Shown here one piece after another: positions 61,980 to 64,000 of a stretch of DNA of 64,000 nt. The first letter of the stretch is position 1. Each line of letters starts with the position of its first letter. The stretch lies in contig JANMDX010000170.1 in NCBI GenBank assembly GCA_031376505.1, forward strand, positions 3,163 through 67,162, written 5' to 3'. The notes under the pieces were generated by a model. That model searched no databases, was not told the origin of the DNA, and saw nothing but the letters and a program-made list of their open reading frames with translations. This DNA comes from Acidobacteriota bacterium (GTDB lineage: Bacteria > Acidobacteriota > Vicinamibacteria > Vicinamibacterales > UBA2999). The position numbers and the translations under genes were made by a program.

Positions 61980-62792
61980 CTACTGCCTGGTGAACGTGAC
62001 CATCGCGCCACGGCCCGCCGGGGCCACGCCGAGAGCGAATTGCTGCCCGCGCACACCGACGGTAACCGATCGGCCAGCCACCAGTCCGATCCCGGCGCCG
62101 ACCACGACGTCGCTCAGGTAGTGCTTGTCGGCCGACATGCGTGCGGCGCCCACGTAGGTGGCAAAGGCATACGCGGGAACCCCCGCCTTCCAGCCGAAGT
62201 GCCGCTGCAGCACGGTGGCGGTCGCAAAGCTCGACGCCGTGTGCCCCGAGGGAAACGACAGCGCGTTGCTGCCATCGGGACGCGGACGCCGCACCGAGAA
62301 CTTCAGGCCCTGGACGACGGTTTGCGACACGATCTGGGCTTCGATGAGGTCGCCGCCAACGGCCGTCATCCTCGGGGAATGGGTGGCTTTGCCGAGGGCC
62401 CAGGTCGCCACGGCTCCGCCGCCCTGCACGAGCAGACTGCCGCCGGTGTTGCCTGAGGAAAAACGGCCGACGGCAAGGTGGTCGCGGGATTCGCGGACGC
62501 CGGTCTGGTCCATGGAGTGGCTGGCCAGCGCAGCGACGCCCACCGCCCCGAGCAGGCGCCAGTTCTCGGCTCCAGCGAACCGCCCGAAGTCGCGCCCAAG
62601 GGTGCGAAACGGCGACGTGCGGACGGCGGGGGCCACCTCGAACTGCTCCGCGCGCAGCCAGGACACGCCGTCCGTTCCCGGTGACATCACGACTGGACTC
62701 GTCTCCGACACCGGACGGACGTCCTGGCCATAGGCGGACGGCGCGACCACGAGCGCGACGAGCAGGAGAACCGCAAACCGTGTGAATCTCAT
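61980..62792 (-). CDS. PAP2-family (type 2 phosphatidic acid phosphatase-like) membrane phosphatase
   Basis: Starts with 'MRFTRFAVLLLVALVVAPSAYG'. The three PAP2 motifs are 'KFSVRRPRP' (Kx6RP), 'FPSGHTA' (PSGH) and 'RMSADKHYLSDV' (Rx5Hx3D). Confidence 0.85.
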   Translation of the reverse strand: MRFTRFAVLLLVALVVAPSAYGQDVRPVSETSPVVMSPGTDGVSWLRAEQFEVAPAVRTSPFRTLGRDFGRFAGAENWRLLGAVGVAALASHSMDQTGVRESRDHLAVGRFSSGNTGGSLLVQGGGAVATWALGKATHSPRMTAVGGDLIEAQIVSQTVVQGLKFSVRRPRPDGSNALSFPSGHTASSFATATVLQRHFGWKAGVPAYAFATYVGAARMSADKHYLSDVVVGAGIGLVAGRSVTVGVRGQQFALGVAPAGRGAMVTFTRQ

Positions 62793-62853
62793 CAGTTGCC
62801 GTCCTGTCTGGCGAGGGGCCGCCCATCGGCCTCCCACTTCGACTTCGAACGTG

Positions 62854-62870
62854 GTGCAAAAGTCTGGCCG
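62854..62870 (-). promoter_or_regulatory. Sigma54-like -24/-12 element upstream of the PAP2 gene
   Basis: The minus strand reads 'CGGCCAGACTTTTGCAC', with GG at 62869-68 and GC at 62857-56 and 10 nt between them. The -12 'TTTGCA' is good, while the -24 'CGGCCA' is imperfect. It lies between the CYTH stop (62881) and the PAP2 ATG (62792). Confidence 0.33.
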
Positions 62871-62880
62871 TGCCAGGCCC

Positions 62881-63441
62881 CTACGCGAGCGCTCCTGGAA
62901 AGAGCAAATCCACGAGCGACTGCCGCGAGCGGGCCGATGGGTCGAAGCCGGTGGCCCGTTCGTAGCGATCGATGACCGCGAGCGCCGCCGGAATCGACCC
63001 CTGCCGGATCGCTTCGAACTCCACGCAGCGCACCGTCCGCCCGCCGCTCGAGGCCACGTAGTGCACCACCTCGCAATCCGGGAAGTACCAGACGTCGAGG
63101 TCCTTCTGCAGCTCGCCCGCCCACGTCACGCCCATGCGCGCCACAAACGCGTCCACTTGCGCCGCCTGGTCGCCCTGGTGGTGGCCCAGGTCGAGGTTGA
63201 TCTCGTCGCGCACTTCCGGGTCCGAGGTCAGTGACTTGATCGTGAGCTGGTGCAGCTCGTGGTCGAACCGGTGCCGCAGGATGTAGTGACGCGTGCGGCC
63301 GTCGCCGGTCAGGAAGTAGCGGTCGCGCACCCGCAGCGAGGCACGGCGCGTGGGATCAAGCAGGTCCAGGGTCCGATGCAGGCCGGCCGTGTCGAAGGCA
63401 TCGCCGACCACGAACTTGTGTTCGATCTCAGTAAAGCGCAT
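62881..63441 (-). CDS. CYTH-domain protein (CyaB/ThTPase-type triphosphate tunnel enzyme)
   Basis: The N-terminus carries 'MRFTEIEHKFVV' (ExExK signature). The ATG at 63441 overlaps the PLD stop (TGATG); an alternative GTG lies at 63453. Confidence 0.72.
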   Translation of the reverse strand: MRFTEIEHKFVVGDAFDTAGLHRTLDLLDPTRRASLRVRDRYFLTGDGRTRHYILRHRFDHELHQLTIKSLTSDPEVRDEINLDLGHHQGDQAAQVDAFVARMGVTWAGELQKDLDVWYFPDCEVVHYVASSGGRTVRCVEFEAIRQGSIPAALAVIDRYERATGFDPSARSRQSLVDLLFPGALA

Positions 63442-64000
63442 CACATCCACCATTTGAACCGGCCGTATCGTGCCACACGCGCCCGGACGCGCGACGGCAA
63501 ACCGGCAAACGATTCGCGGGTCACGCGCAGGGTGTCTGGATGCATGCGCAGCTCGTTGAAGATGGCTGCCACCGGGGCCACGGCCCGGAGGTCGCGGCTG
63601 GCCAGCATCGCTTCGGCAAGGCGATCGTGGGCGGCGTCCTCGAAGTTGTAGCTGCCGAAGGCCGCCCAGGCGTCGTCGATGAGTACGAGCTTGGAGTGCT
63701 CGCCGTGCCGGTTCTCGGAGAGGTGCACGCCCGCGTCGAGCAGCGTCGGGTAGCTAGCAGCCGCTGCAATCCAGGCCAGGTCGGTCGCCGGCAGTGCCTC
63801 GCGGTGCGAGTGGAACACCTCCACGCGCACGCCACGCCTGGCCGCGCGCAGCACGGCGTCGAGCAGCATGGGCACCGGCTTGAAGTAGAAACTCGTGATG
63901 GCGGCTGACGTGCGTGCGCCGTCCAGCATCTCGATCATGCGGTTGGTAACGTCGTTCACGCCGTCCCATCCAAACGGGCCTCGCCATCCCTGCGCCGGAT
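63441..64000 (-). CDS. Phospholipase D / cardiolipin-synthase-like protein, C-terminal HKD half (partial, N-terminus beyond the window)
   Basis: The HKD motif is 'HSKLVLIDDAWAAFGSYNFE' (HxKx4Dx6GSxN). The frame stays open upstream of the track start at 63959 all the way to position 64000 ('..PAQGWRGPFGWDG|VNDVTN..'), so the gene is truncated by the window edge. Confidence 0.75.
   Translation of the reverse strand, partial: PAQGWRGPFGWDGVNDVTNRMIEMLDGARTSAAITSFYFKPVPMLLDAVLRAARRGVRVEVFHSHREALPATDLAWIAAAASYPTLLDAGVHLSENRHGEHSKLVLIDDAWAAFGSYNFEDAAHDRLAEAMLASRDLRAVAPVAAIFNELRMHPDTLRVTRESFAGLPSRVRARVARYGRFKWWM

Overview
GC-rich (about two-thirds G+C by eye) and gene-dense bacterial chromosomal segment with about 50 protein genes. 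I saw no rRNA, tRNA, CRISPR array, transposase or prophage. All domain calls come from reading motifs in the supplied translations or my own; no database search was possible. The gene content (two sigma54 NtrC-type two-component systems, a Hanks kinase with TPRs, adjacent bamA and tamB, and many exported PEGA, Fn3, beta-propeller and lipoprotein genes) fits a soil Acidobacteriota-, Gemmatimonadota- or Myxococcota-like organism, but the taxon cannot be fixed from this window.

Main blocks, left to right:
- An MrfA/MrfB-like helicase and exonuclease pair. The exonuclease is missing from the ORF track because it runs off the window edge.
- A decayed serine-hydrolase pseudogene.
- A Ser/Thr kinase coupled to a Wzx-type flippase.
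- SDR, hydrolase and recQ genes.
- An orphan GspE/PilB-type ATPase with MshEN-like c-di-GMP motifs, coupled to an HDOD protein.
- A cytoplasmic trypsin-like protease.
- nrdJ, preceded by an AT-rich leader with NrdR-box-like sites.
- NtrC/HK system 1.
- A roughly 12.6 kb tightly packed minus-strand array: FAH, acyl-CoA carboxylase subunits, tamB, bamA and a SurA-like gene.
- A sigma54-driven PEGA protein.
- An ECF sigma/anti-sigma array that ends with an amino-acid permease, a metallophosphoesterase and CotH.
- An HTH/pseudo-receiver gene coupled to an ABC-F ATPase.
- NtrC/HK system 2.
- A CTAG-rich heptamer repeat.
- A beta/gamma-crystallin protein and a giant propeller/Fn3 protein.
- trmFO-xerC.
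- A PLD / CYTH / PAP2 / POTRA-less Omp85 / kinase-like exported protein cluster.

No single obvious novel system stands out. The best candidates for unexplored biology:
- the envelope-lipid cluster at 58.9-64 kb;
- the orphan MshEN-ATPase/HDOD pair;
- the D-to-E pseudo-receiver coupled to ABC-F;
- the CTAG heptamer array together with a 17/18-nt motif shared between the two sigma54 regulator loci;
- the set of sigma54 promoters I could read directly.
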